From Spirochaetia bacterium (GTDB lineage: Bacteria > Spirochaetota > Spirochaetia > UBA9216): 64,000 nucleotides of DNA. Of the stretch, positions 39,841 to 49,566 are shown one piece after another (the stretch's first letter is position 1; every line of letters begins with the position of its first letter). A program made the translations under genes and the position numbers. The DNA lies in NCBI GenBank assembly GCA_963677925.2, contig CAXXYH010000003.1:864001-928000 (forward strand), given 5' to 3'. The notes beneath the pieces were generated by a model, which did not search any database, was not told the origin of the DNA, and worked only from the letters and a program-made list of their open reading frames with translations.

Positions 39841-40529
39841 TAATCTTCAGCCATAACTTCCTCGATTGCTTTCCGATCGAGAATACTAACCTCTCGGCCA
39901 ACTACAGATATAAAGCCCATTGAAACAAGATTTGAAAACTCTCGTGACAGACTGGGCCTGGCTACACTCATCAGTTCAGCAAGTTTTTCACGGTTATAGC
40001 CTAGCGTAACCAGCTCCTTCTCACGTTCTCCTGACAGTCCAAGTATATACCCGCATATTTTCTGTCTTATTGTACTGAACTGAAGAAGCCTTATTTTTTC
40101 GGCCAGAAAGCTGATCCGGCTTCCCATATCAGTGAGAAAATTCTGCATAAAAACTGTAGAACTCTGGCATAGCCCAATGACCTCTTTTTTACCGATGCAG
40201 ATTATTTCTACATCGCTTTTTGCCACAAGGGTTACAGGAAGACGATTATCCTCTGAAAATAGAATTCCGGAAGCAATTGCAGATGAGGGACATAGTGTCT
40301 CAACAAGTAAATTTTTTCCGCCGGAACCATGAATTTCTGCTGAGAGCTTCCCTGACATAATAATTCGAAGATCTTCAACAAGATCACCGCGCAGCTGAAT
40401 TATTGAGTTGTTATCATAGCGGCAGATTTTAAAGGGAATATTCTTAAAAAGATCATCGAGCTCATCAGCTGTAATTCCGGAAAACAGTCCTGACTGCACA
40501 AGGATTCGTGCTGTACGTTCATCCATCAA
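39840..40529 (-). CDS. Crp/Fnr-family regulator (HcpR-like)
   Basis: LFSG, cNMP-binding-like domain, TIRQKI, REKLAELMSVARPSLSRE HTH; next to hcp. Confidence 0.8.
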   Translation of the reverse strand: MMDERTARILVQSGLFSGITADELDDLFKNIPFKICRYDNNSIIQLRGDLVEDLRIIMSGKLSAEIHGSGGKNLLVETLCPSSAIASGILFSEDNRLPVTLVAKSDVEIICIGKKEVIGLCQSSTVFMQNFLTDMGSRISFLAEKIRLLQFSTIRQKICGYILGLSGEREKELVTLGYNREKLAELMSVARPSLSREFSNLVSMGFISVVGREVSILDRKAIEEVMAED

Positions 40530-42283
40530 ACTTCCTTGAACTTCTCATAGATATGCCTGATATCATTCATACAGAGTTTAAAGGCATTTATCACATTAGG
40601 ATCAAAGTTAGCACCCATTTCTTCTTCGATAATACTGACTGATTTTTCGATACTGAAGGCCGCCTTATACGGTCTTTTTGAGGTAAGGGCATCAAAAACA
40701 TCGGCAAGTGCAACTATTCTGCCGGCAAGCGGGATGTCCCGCCCTTCAAGTCCGAAAGGATAGCCGGAACCGTCAAATTTTTCATGATGACCGGAGATAA
40801 TTTCGATAGCAGTCTGCATAAGCGGAAAGCTGGCCACATTAAGCAGATTACTGTTCATCTTTTCCATAACGCGCATGCCTATATTGACATGGCTTTTCAT
40901 CACCGTCATCTCTGAATCATCAAGCGGACCTTCTTTTAAAAGGATTGCATCGGGAATTCCGACCTTTCCTATGTCATGCAGCGGTGAAAACCAGCGAATC
41001 TCACGCATTAACCTGGGAGAAAGGGGGTTTATATGCTCATGATAGGATCTGGCTATCATATATGAATACTCAGACATCCTGATAATGTGATTTGATGTCT
41101 CATTATCTTTTTCATGCATCAGGGTCACAAAGGCATTAGTAATCTCGGAGATAATTTCCTGAAGCAGAAACTCTATATAAACATTCTGCTTTATGAGGTT
41201 TACAAGCCTGACCGTATAATTAAGAGTTTCATCATTATAAGCATTTAAACTCAGACTTGAAACAAAGAAAAATCCCAGGCACTTTTCACCGAAAAACATC
41301 GGAATCGTCATGCTTGAGTTTATGCCCTCATGGAGAATTTTAGCAGTTGCCTCTGAAACTTTCCTGCCCTTTGCGTATGATGGAAGGTCATTTATGATTC
41401 GTGATTTTCCGGCTTTTAAAAGATCAGGAAGAGAGGAGTTATTGATATTTTCCCGGAATCCCGGTTCCAGAGACATCCTTGAATAGGTGGCAACTGCAGT
41501 TTCAGCTATCAGATTCTCTGAAGAATCAAGAAATGCAATTGCAATCCTGTCACAGCTCATCCTTTTTCCCAGCTTTTCAAAAATATCATCGAGAAAGTTA
41601 TTCAGGTTACCTGAGACCGTAGCCTCACGGACTTCCCGGTTATAGTATTCATCGGAACTTATACGTTCTATAACCGCATTAAGCTCATCAATCTCGTCAA
41701 TTTTGTATTCAACCTTTTCCTGTGAAGGCGGATTCTGATATTTAAGAATCATCTCCAGTCGATCGAATCCGGAATGAAGTTCCCGGTTGAAAACCAGCTG
41801 ATGCCGCCGCCATCTGATCATAATTATAAGAATACCTGCGGAAGCAATACAGGAATTAAATATCATAATACTGATTATATAGTACGAACGTCTGGTTATT
41901 TTATTTATAAGGGTTCGGGCTGCAGTTGCATATTCCCTGATAACAGCCCTGTATTCTTCATTTTCATCGCTGTTTTGATATTCAGGTTCAGGAAAAAGAG
42001 TTTTCAGCCTTAAAATCCAGCGATTCTTTTTTAAATCGCCGGATATTTGCCGGTATTGAGCAAGGGCAGCATCTGAAGGGCTGGTCGGCTCAGACATAAC
42101 AAGTACAACAAGGCTGTTTATATCCTTATACATCTGGGCTGAAGCCTTCTCAACACGCAGGTTTCTGAAAAAAGATAAACCGATTGCAGAGAAAGCAAGT
42201 ACATTCACAATGAGAAGAACCAGGGTAAATCTGAATAAAAGCATGGAGGTTCTCTCCATGCTGATAGTTTTTCTTGCAGGCAT
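40526..42283 (-). CDS. Membrane-bound GAF + HD-GYP phosphodiesterase
   Basis: Two TM helices, GAF, ETSNH, LHDIGK, HHEKFDGSGYP, ADVFDAL, RPYK. Confidence 0.9.
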   Translation of the reverse strand: MPARKTISMERTSMLLFRFTLVLLIVNVLAFSAIGLSFFRNLRVEKASAQMYKDINSLVVLVMSEPTSPSDAALAQYRQISGDLKKNRWILRLKTLFPEPEYQNSDENEEYRAVIREYATAARTLINKITRRSYYIISIMIFNSCIASAGILIIMIRWRRHQLVFNRELHSGFDRLEMILKYQNPPSQEKVEYKIDEIDELNAVIERISSDEYYNREVREATVSGNLNNFLDDIFEKLGKRMSCDRIAIAFLDSSENLIAETAVATYSRMSLEPGFRENINNSSLPDLLKAGKSRIINDLPSYAKGRKVSEATAKILHEGINSSMTIPMFFGEKCLGFFFVSSLSLNAYNDETLNYTVRLVNLIKQNVYIEFLLQEIISEITNAFVTLMHEKDNETSNHIIRMSEYSYMIARSYHEHINPLSPRLMREIRWFSPLHDIGKVGIPDAILLKEGPLDDSEMTVMKSHVNIGMRVMEKMNSNLLNVASFPLMQTAIEIISGHHEKFDGSGYPFGLEGRDIPLAGRIVALADVFDALTSKRPYKAAFSIEKSVSIIEEEMGANFDPNVINAFKLCMNDIRHIYEKFKEV

Positions 42284-42290
42284 TCACTGA

Positions 42291-42319
42291 ATTATATGAA
42301 CATAAATACTTAGTGTCAA
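42291..42319 (-). promoter_or_regulatory. Consensus sigma70 promoter, leaderless
   Basis: TTGACA-17-TATAAT-7 nt-ATG(42283). Confidence 0.75.
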
Positions 42320-42338
42320 TTCAATGCCGATATCCCGG

Positions 42339-43559
42339 TTAAAGCTCTATTACCTGTTTATCAATTGTTATATCAAGTTTAGCTGCTTCGGTAAGATAAT
42401 AATCAACCTGATCATATTCCATCATATCTGATGATATCAGACCCTTCTGATAAATTTTATCATTTACAAAGAGTTTCGTAAAAAGCGCCCCGCCCTGACC
42501 GGTAAAATAGGTTTCACCGGTCAACCCGGATTTTTCAAAAGCATCTGCACAGCCCAGGGAATTAACATAGCTTTCAACCATAACCTTTTTACCGTCCTTT
42601 ATACCAATTGCCTCAATTAGCATAGCTCCGGAATCATCGATAAGCCCTTCATCCAGGATTGCCTTGATTTCATCATGATACTTGGGCGCAGGAGGGGTCA
42701 TTTTCAACAGAAGATTTCTGGGAATCACCATCTGTCCGTCAACCTCGACCGGCTTTTCAGAAAGCAGTCCCATCTTGTACAGAGGCTCGGCAAAATCTAT
42801 TCCATAGCCGCCGTACTTGAAATATACATTTTTTACACCTTTGAAATATTTTTCCGAGTTAATTCCCATAAGAACAGTTTCATCATGTGCATGTTCAACA
42901 TGCATTATTTCACGATCCATTCCCCGGAATTTCTTGTATTCATACATACTGAAGGGGGCCGCCGCAGTTATCTCGCCGTTTATACAGGGAAAAGCATCAT
43001 CTGACATGTCAGCATATGCAACAACCGGAGACCACCAGAAAGGCAGAAATCTTTTGGATTTAACGCCCTCCCAGACATACATATTGATGGTCTCACAGCT
43101 GTCCAGCTCTCTTACCGCATCTCTGGCAGCGACACAGATAATTCCGGGCGCTGAGCCTGTGCTTATAAGTGCCGTTTTTCCGACAGCCCTGAACTTTTCC
43201 GAGGTTTCACTGAGCATCTGCCTGATGCCATCAACCCAGTCAATATCTGGGGTATCGGCGGCAGCGAAATCCTGGTAGTTCACCTCGGCTTCCAGAGCCG
43301 CTTCAAGGACAATTCGTCCGAAAGCCATCGGCAGAGCGTTTACAAGAAGGTCTACGCCCTTTGCGGCTTCAACAATATTTTCTTTTTTCGATGCATCAAT
43401 CTGAAGCGGTCTGCCTTTTTTTAATCCCGCGACAAGATCATTAACCGCGTGAAGATCATAATCGGCGCATATTATTTCACTTACAGCAGGCTCTTCATCC
43501 ATTCTTTTTGCTACAGTACTTCCCTGAGCACCTGTTCCGAGTATTAATAGTTTTTTCAT
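42339..43559 (-). CDS. Saccharopine dehydrogenase / carboxynorspermidine dehydrogenase-like oxidoreductase
   Basis: LILGTGAQG Rossmann motif, VNYQD, GSAPG, WSP, HDE. Confidence 0.8.
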   Translation of the reverse strand: MKKLLILGTGAQGSTVAKRMDEEPAVSEIICADYDLHAVNDLVAGLKKGRPLQIDASKKENIVEAAKGVDLLVNALPMAFGRIVLEAALEAEVNYQDFAAADTPDIDWVDGIRQMLSETSEKFRAVGKTALISTGSAPGIICVAARDAVRELDSCETINMYVWEGVKSKRFLPFWWSPVVAYADMSDDAFPCINGEITAAAPFSMYEYKKFRGMDREIMHVEHAHDETVLMGINSEKYFKGVKNVYFKYGGYGIDFAEPLYKMGLLSEKPVEVDGQMVIPRNLLLKMTPPAPKYHDEIKAILDEGLIDDSGAMLIEAIGIKDGKKVMVESYVNSLGCADAFEKSGLTGETYFTGQGGALFTKLFVNDKIYQKGLISSDMMEYDQVDYYLTEAAKLDITIDKQVIEL

Positions 43560-43896
43560 CTTTGACTCCTTATTATCTTGTTGTCAGTGATGAACTATGT
43601 ATTCTGAAAATCTGTATATTTTATTTTATTTGAAGTATTGAAATTACTGGGACTCTAAAGTTTAACCGGTAAATACAGAAAACATAGTTCGAATTAACTA
43701 GTATGTTTTAACTGTATCCTCCTGATGAATTAAACCCCCGGATAATCCCGTATGGCCGATTTGTGAGAGCATTCCAACCCGGAACACCTCGTAGATTTAT
43801 ATATGAATAATACACTTTTTAATTTCAGCAGGCAATATAGTCATCTCTGATATCAGAATGATGACAGAGCCCTGAGACCGGAGCCGGAACCTGCAT

Positions 43897-43922
43897 AAAA
43901 AAAGCAGCGGAAAAACCGCTGC
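43897..43922 (-). terminator. Intrinsic terminator of leuB
   Basis: GCAGCGG-5-CCGCTGC hairpin followed by a U run on the minus strand. Confidence 0.75.
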
Positions 43923-43944
43923 CTTGAATTGTGTTTATTTAAAA

Positions 43945-45027
43945 CTAAAGAAGATCAACAATTAAATCGCCTACTTCGCTTGTAGAGTATCCCATCTTAC
44001 CGGCTGAAAGGCTCTTAAGTTTTGAACCTGTGGCTGTCATAACAGCCTGCTCAATCTTGTCAGCAGCTTCCTGCTCACCGAGAGTCTGGAGCATCATTGA
44101 ACCGGCAACGATTGAGGCAAGCGGATTAATGATTCCCTGTCCGGTGTACTTGGGTGCTGAACCGCCGATTGGTTCGAACATTGAAACGCCTTCAGGATTG
44201 ATGTTACCGCCGGCTGCAACGCCCATACCACCCTGTGTGATTGCACCGAGGTCAGTGATGATATCTCCGAACATATTGCTTGTTACAAGAACATCAAACC
44301 ATTCCGGGCTCTTAACCATCCACATACAGGTGGCATCTACATGGTAGTATTCTCTTTTAACATCCGGGAATTCCGCTTCACCGATTTCGTGGAAAGCCCG
44401 TTCCCAGAGGTCAAAGACATATGTGAGTACGTTTGTTTTTCCAACAAGACCAAGCGTATTATTTTCACCTACGCCCCTGGCCTTCTTTCCGTGGTTTCTT
44501 GCATATTCAAAAGCATACCTGAGACATCGCTCGACCTGATGTCTGCTGTAAACCATGCTCTGTGTGGCTACTTCATGCTGGGTTCCCTTCATTGAGAAAC
44601 CGCCTGTTCCTGTGTAGATACCTCCGGTATTCTCACGAACAACTACATAGTCGATTTCCTTGGGGCCCTTATCCTTAAGCGGTGTTTCAACGCCGGGATA
44701 AAGCTTTACAGGTCTGAGATTGATATACTGATCGAGGTCGAATCTGAGTTTGAGAAGTATGCCCTTTTCAAGAATACCGGGCTTAACATCGGGATGACCG
44801 ATAGCACCGAGGTATATTGAATCAAATCCCTTAAGCTGCTCGGCAGCGTCATCAGGAAGAACGTTTCCAGTCTTAAGGTACCTGTCCCCGCCCCAGTCGA
44901 ATTCCTTCAAATCAAGTGAAAAGCCGAATTTGGATGAAGCGGCCTTAAGAACCTTTACACCCTGTTCAACTACTTCCGGGCCTGTTCCGTCACCGGGAAG
45001 CACCGCAATCTTGTAATTGTTTGCCAT
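43945..45027 (-). CDS. leuB: 3-isopropylmalate dehydrogenase
   Basis: LPGDGTGPEV, NLRP, VRENTGG, NMFGDIITDL, FEPIGGSAP. Confidence 0.9.
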   Translation of the reverse strand: MANNYKIAVLPGDGTGPEVVEQGVKVLKAASSKFGFSLDLKEFDWGGDRYLKTGNVLPDDAAEQLKGFDSIYLGAIGHPDVKPGILEKGILLKLRFDLDQYINLRPVKLYPGVETPLKDKGPKEIDYVVVRENTGGIYTGTGGFSMKGTQHEVATQSMVYSRHQVERCLRYAFEYARNHGKKARGVGENNTLGLVGKTNVLTYVFDLWERAFHEIGEAEFPDVKREYYHVDATCMWMVKSPEWFDVLVTSNMFGDIITDLGAITQGGMGVAAGGNINPEGVSMFEPIGGSAPKYTGQGIINPLASIVAGSMMLQTLGEQEAADKIEQAVMTATGSKLKSLSAGKMGYSTSEVGDLIVDLL

Positions 45028-45241
45028 AAAAAACCTCTGTTATTGAATTTAATTATATTTAAGCTTATTAAGTATACATAAAGTACTACAGTTTTATTAT
45101 GTAGTCAATATAAAGCCTGAGGGACTGAAACTCTAAATTTAACCTCTACTTAATTTTAATAAAATATTATTGATTTTCAAACATTCTTATAGTTAAATGT
45201 AAACGATTAACTATTTCTTGCCTGACACAACGGAGAAAAAC

Positions 45242-47857
45242 ATGCCAATAAACCGCTTCAATGCAGTCCTTATCAGGATAACTTTAATTCTTACTACAGC
45301 AGTATTATTATTTTCATGTCCTATTGAAACTGCAGATTTATCAAATGCTGATCTATCAGGTCTGTCTGTTGAGGGATTAAGCCTGAGCCCTGAGTTTTCG
45401 GCCGAGGTTACCGATTATTCTGCTGAAGCAGGAAATGACATTTCAAGTCTGAAAGTAAAAGCAAGCACATTGTACCCCGGATCATCCCTACTGATTAACG
45501 GTATATCCGCAGCCTCTGGTATTAATTCTGAAAGTATTTCACTTGCAGAAGGAAGCAACACGATCACAGTAAAAGTAACATCCGCAGACGGCACAGTCTC
45601 AAAAATCTACACACTTTCAATAACAAGGGAAGCAACTTCGGTGATGGTTCCCGATACCAGCCTTTGTTCTCTCAGCATTTCAGACGGTATTTTGACACCT
45701 TCTTTTTCTGCGGATTTAAAAAGTTATTCTGCATCTGTTGGAAACAGTACTGCTTCAATCACAGTTACTCCTGAATCAGCAGACAGCAGCTGTGTTATCA
45801 CAGTAAACGGTTCAGCAGTTGATTCCGGCAGCATTTCGGGTATGGTTTCACTTGCGGAAGGAAGCAATCTTATAACTGTAAGAGTTACCGACAGTACTGA
45901 TTCATATTTTACAGATTATAAAATTACAGTAACACGCGACGCGGCTACAGCAGGTGCATCTGCAGAGATCACCGGAGGCAATATGAGCCTGCAGACAGGA
46001 AGCAGCTCATATGTATCAGCTTCTGTATCAGGATTTAATTATGCGAGCATTAACTACCTCTGGGTACTTAGAGATCCCGACTCAAATGATACAACTCTAA
46101 GCAATGATACGGATTCCGGAGTACAGCTTGTTTCATACAGCACGCCCATCTCAAGTAGAGTCGGAGATTACACCTTATTCCTTACAGTAACAGATGGTGA
46201 CGGCGCTTCTGCTTCTGATCAAATCACTGTCACTGTGTATACGCCTAACAACTCTCCAACAGCTTCATTCTCCGTCTCATCAAGCGCCTCAAGGACTCCC
46301 TATGTGGTCGGTGAAACAGTCAGTTTTGATGCCTCAGCCTCAGAAGATTCCGACGGCATAATAGATTCATACAGCTGGGATTTCGCTGATGGGAGTACTG
46401 CTGACGGTACTTCAGACACAGCAAGCCATGTTTACTCCGAAGCAGGCATATATATTGTAGAACTCACAGTTACAGATGATGATGACGCCGTGGATTCTGT
46501 TCAGGCTGAGGCTTTTACGGTAATCACTGCACCACAGGCAGTTCTTTCGTCTCCGGGAACTGTATACACAGGCGTTCCGGTAATCCTTGATGGTTCAGCT
46601 TCCACCGGCTCAGACAGCTCAGTCCCGACTGTATTCTGGAATGTAAACCCGCAAGACGGAGGAACCTACAGGGATGCATCAACTAGTACCAGCGCAACCG
46701 ATGCATATGTATTCTGGGATATCGGAGATTACAATGTTGATATTGAAGTATACGGAGGAGCCAGGACTGATGTTACAGATACTGACTCAATGACGTTTTC
46801 AGTTGCATCAGGTCTTAACCTGCATTCAACAAGCAGCACCGATGAACGCAGAGTAATTTATGGGACAGCATTTGATTCTTCCGGAGCGATGTACAGGCTG
46901 CTCAACTGTGATTCTAACCCTTCAGGCTCAACTGACTACGCAGGACTTGTAGAAAAGTATAATGGGAGTTCCTGGACCGTACTTGATGATTACTTCGGAA
47001 CAGGAGCGGATATTGAACCCGTGCTCTCAATTGATTCTGCAGACCGTCCCTGGGTTGCCAGACGCGGCACATCTGACGGTGTGGTTCTCTACTACTATAC
47101 CGGTTCTGCCTGGAGCAGGTTCGACAGAGACCTTGGTAATGAAACAAGCTCTTCATATACTAATGTAAGAAGCTTTGACATTGTATCAGACAGCCGTGGA
47201 AACACAGTGATTGCCTATACTGATCATGCTGACAACGGATATATTCATGCCCAGTACACCTCCAGTCTAAGCAGCCTGGCAGAACTCGGAGGCAGTTCAG
47301 CCCAGCCGGTTGGAGGGGCATTAAGTTCTTCCGGCAGCCTCGATCTTGAGATAGATTCTGCCGATAAATTGTATGCCGCCTTTGTTAACAGCAATTCTGT
47401 TTACATGTACAGTTTCGACATGACAGGCAATCTTGATGCCGGAACATGGTCTCCCATAGACTGCTCCGGCATCCCGTTGGGAACATCCAGTGTGGATCTT
47501 CTTATTGACGGGACAACACTCTATACAGCAGTCGACGGTCCGGAAGTTTATCAGTACACCGGTTCGGGATGGAATCTGATTGGAGATACTGATGACGGCT
47601 TGTCCAATGGTGTAAAAAGCTTTATTACAGCAGGAAACGGAAAGCTGGTATTAGTCTATGGAGATGATAACTACTCAAAAGCATCTGTATACAGAAACGA
47701 CTCATGGACTGCTCTTTACGGAGGACAGAATATTCAGTATAAAAACGGAACCTCCATACCCTCAGTATTTGCAGATTATAATAACGGCAGCCTGTATTTT
47801 GTAAGGGGCGTAGATATAATTGATCTTCAGGAGATTGTTTATACTGATTCCTTTTAA
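45242..47857 (+). CDS. Surface lipoprotein with two cadherin-like beta-sandwich domains, PKD domains and a probable beta-propeller
   Basis: LLFSC lipobox; repeats LS.L....FS....Y...SLAEGSN.ITV.VT; PKD FDASASEDSDG..SYSWDFADG..HVY. Confidence 0.82.
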   Translation: MPINRFNAVLIRITLILTTAVLLFSCPIETADLSNADLSGLSVEGLSLSPEFSAEVTDYSAEAGNDISSLKVKASTLYPGSSLLINGISAASGINSESISLAEGSNTITVKVTSADGTVSKIYTLSITREATSVMVPDTSLCSLSISDGILTPSFSADLKSYSASVGNSTASITVTPESADSSCVITVNGSAVDSGSISGMVSLAEGSNLITVRVTDSTDSYFTDYKITVTRDAATAGASAEITGGNMSLQTGSSSYVSASVSGFNYASINYLWVLRDPDSNDTTLSNDTDSGVQLVSYSTPISSRVGDYTLFLTVTDGDGASASDQITVTVYTPNNSPTASFSVSSSASRTPYVVGETVSFDASASEDSDGIIDSYSWDFADGSTADGTSDTASHVYSEAGIYIVELTVTDDDDAVDSVQAEAFTVITAPQAVLSSPGTVYTGVPVILDGSASTGSDSSVPTVFWNVNPQDGGTYRDASTSTSATDAYVFWDIGDYNVDIEVYGGARTDVTDTDSMTFSVASGLNLHSTSSTDERRVIYGTAFDSSGAMYRLLNCDSNPSGSTDYAGLVEKYNGSSWTVLDDYFGTGADIEPVLSIDSADRPWVARRGTSDGVVLYYYTGSAWSRFDRDLGNETSSSYTNVRSFDIVSDSRGNTVIAYTDHADNGYIHAQYTSSLSSLAELGGSSAQPVGGALSSSGSLDLEIDSADKLYAAFVNSNSVYMYSFDMTGNLDAGTWSPIDCSGIPLGTSSVDLLIDGTTLYTAVDGPEVYQYTGSGWNLIGDTDDGLSNGVKSFITAGNGKLVLVYGDDNYSKASVYRNDSWTALYGGQNIQYKNGTSIPSVFADYNNGSLYFVRGVDIIDLQEIVYTDSF

Positions 47858-47884
47858 AATCTGTCTTCAATAAAATACCTGGAG

Positions 47885-49495
47885 TTATTCCAGGTATTTT
47901 ATTGCTCTTTCGCCATGGCCTTCTGACTCGTATGAATCAGAAGTTTTAAAGAATCCTATAGCTTCATTGAGGTCATCAGAATTGCGCCGCAGTTCGTCGG
48001 CCATTGATGCTATTTCCTCACTTGCTGCGGCATTTGCCTGTATAACATCATCCATCTGCATGAGGGCGGTATTTACCTGTTCTGCCCCCTTTGCCTGCTC
48101 CTCTGAACCGGCCATAATTTCTGCGGCTATATCCGCAGACTTACGTATTGCGGGAATCATTTCCTGAATGATTCTCATTGTCTCATTGGCCTTGCCTACG
48201 CTTTCTCCGGATAATGAGGTTATTTCTCCAGCGGCGCTCTGACTGCTTGATGCCAGCTTGCTTACCTCTGTTGCAACAACAGAAAATCCTTTTCCTGCCT
48301 CCCCTGCTCTGGCCGCTTCTATAGAAGCATTCAACGCAAGAAGGTTGGTATTTCTGGCAATTTCTTCAATTACCTTTATCTTTCCGGCAATAAGCGTCAT
48401 CATCTCAACTGAAGCCTCTACAGCATGCCCGCCTGCATCAGCCTCTTCGGCGGCCTTACCGACAATCTTGTTTGATTCACGTGAATTATCGGTATTCTGA
48501 TGGATGTTTGAAACAAGCTGCTCCATTGACGCTGATATTTCCTCAGCATTAGCAGCCTGTTCAGAAGAACCCGAGGCTACCTGTGCAGCAGATTCTGCGA
48601 CCTGCTGAGCGCTGCTGTTTATCTTAAGGGTGATTTCAATTATATTTGTAATTATCCGGTTCAGCTGGGTTTCCATTCTGCCAAGGGCGTCAGAGAGGGT
48701 CCGGGTTTCATCCTTGCTCTTAATATCAAATTCAATATCAAGATTTCCATCGGCAATCAGACTTACCTTGTCAACAAGGACTTCCAGAGGTCGCGAGATT
48801 CGCTTTCCAATCATCCATGCAATAAATATTGAGACAAGGATAATGCCGGCATCAATAATAAGAATAATCCTTATGATATTAAAAATTACATCGGCTACAT
48901 TTTCTTCTTCCTGTTTAATCACTTTATCTATATCATCAATATAATTGCCGGTTCCAAGAGCCCAGTCGTAGGGAGCAAAATACTGGTTATAAGCCCTCTT
49001 CGGCAGGGCTTCGGTTTCTCCGGGTTTGGGATAATAATAAGTACTGAATCCGTCACCTGTTTTTGCTGAATTTACGATATCACGGATAATGTAATTTCCG
49101 AATGAATCTTTCAAATCCCATCTGTTAGTACCTTCAAGGTCATTTCCAAGTAGAACAACAGTATTCCCTTCAGAATCATATACGAACACATATCCGCTTT
49201 CGCCATAGCTGATGGATCTGATAATATCAGCAGCCTCCAGATATGCCTGTTCCTCACCTATTTCATTGCGTTTCTCGTAGATGGATTCGACTATCGAGAC
49301 AGCCGACTCTATCTGGTTTTTAAGCATAAGATCGTAGTCATCCCGTAGCTTTTGTTCGAGAGCCTCCAGATTGGATCTGCCCAGAGCATTTATCTGCATA
49401 ACGGCTACCGCACCCAGAATAAGACCCGCTCCCAATAGACAGCTTATCAGTAGAAATATTATTTTAAAGCTTATCTTTCTCATAAGATTAATCAT
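47885..49495 (-). CDS. Methyl-accepting chemotaxis protein with Cache sensor
   Basis: TM-Cache (GYVFVYD, Y.YPKPG, PK..Y, WALGTG)-TM-HAMP; [22 protein letters not shown]. Confidence 0.93.
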   Translation of the reverse strand: MINLMRKISFKIIFLLISCLLGAGLILGAVAVMQINALGRSNLEALEQKLRDDYDLMLKNQIESAVSIVESIYEKRNEIGEEQAYLEAADIIRSISYGESGYVFVYDSEGNTVVLLGNDLEGTNRWDLKDSFGNYIIRDIVNSAKTGDGFSTYYYPKPGETEALPKRAYNQYFAPYDWALGTGNYIDDIDKVIKQEEENVADVIFNIIRIILIIDAGIILVSIFIAWMIGKRISRPLEVLVDKVSLIADGNLDIEFDIKSKDETRTLSDALGRMETQLNRIITNIIEITLKINSSAQQVAESAAQVASGSSEQAANAEEISASMEQLVSNIHQNTDNSRESNKIVGKAAEEADAGGHAVEASVEMMTLIAGKIKVIEEIARNTNLLALNASIEAARAGEAGKGFSVVATEVSKLASSSQSAAGEITSLSGESVGKANETMRIIQEMIPAIRKSADIAAEIMAGSEEQAKGAEQVNTALMQMDDVIQANAAASEEIASMADELRRNSDDLNEAIGFFKTSDSYESEGHGERAIKYLE

Positions 49496-49566
49496 AAGTC
49501 GAAATAATTCAAAATCAAGTTTTTACCGATAATAAAACAAAGTATTATTAATATAAGGAGAATTCT

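Noticed and set aside
45538-45870. DNA repeat TTCACTTGCRGAAGGAAGCAA
   Set aside because: Explained by the duplicated cadherin-like domains of the lipoprotein; not a CRISPR or mobile repeat
49505-49532. Sigma28 promoter for the MCP at 49567
   Set aside because: ACCGATAA is present, but there is no convincing TAAA at the right spacing
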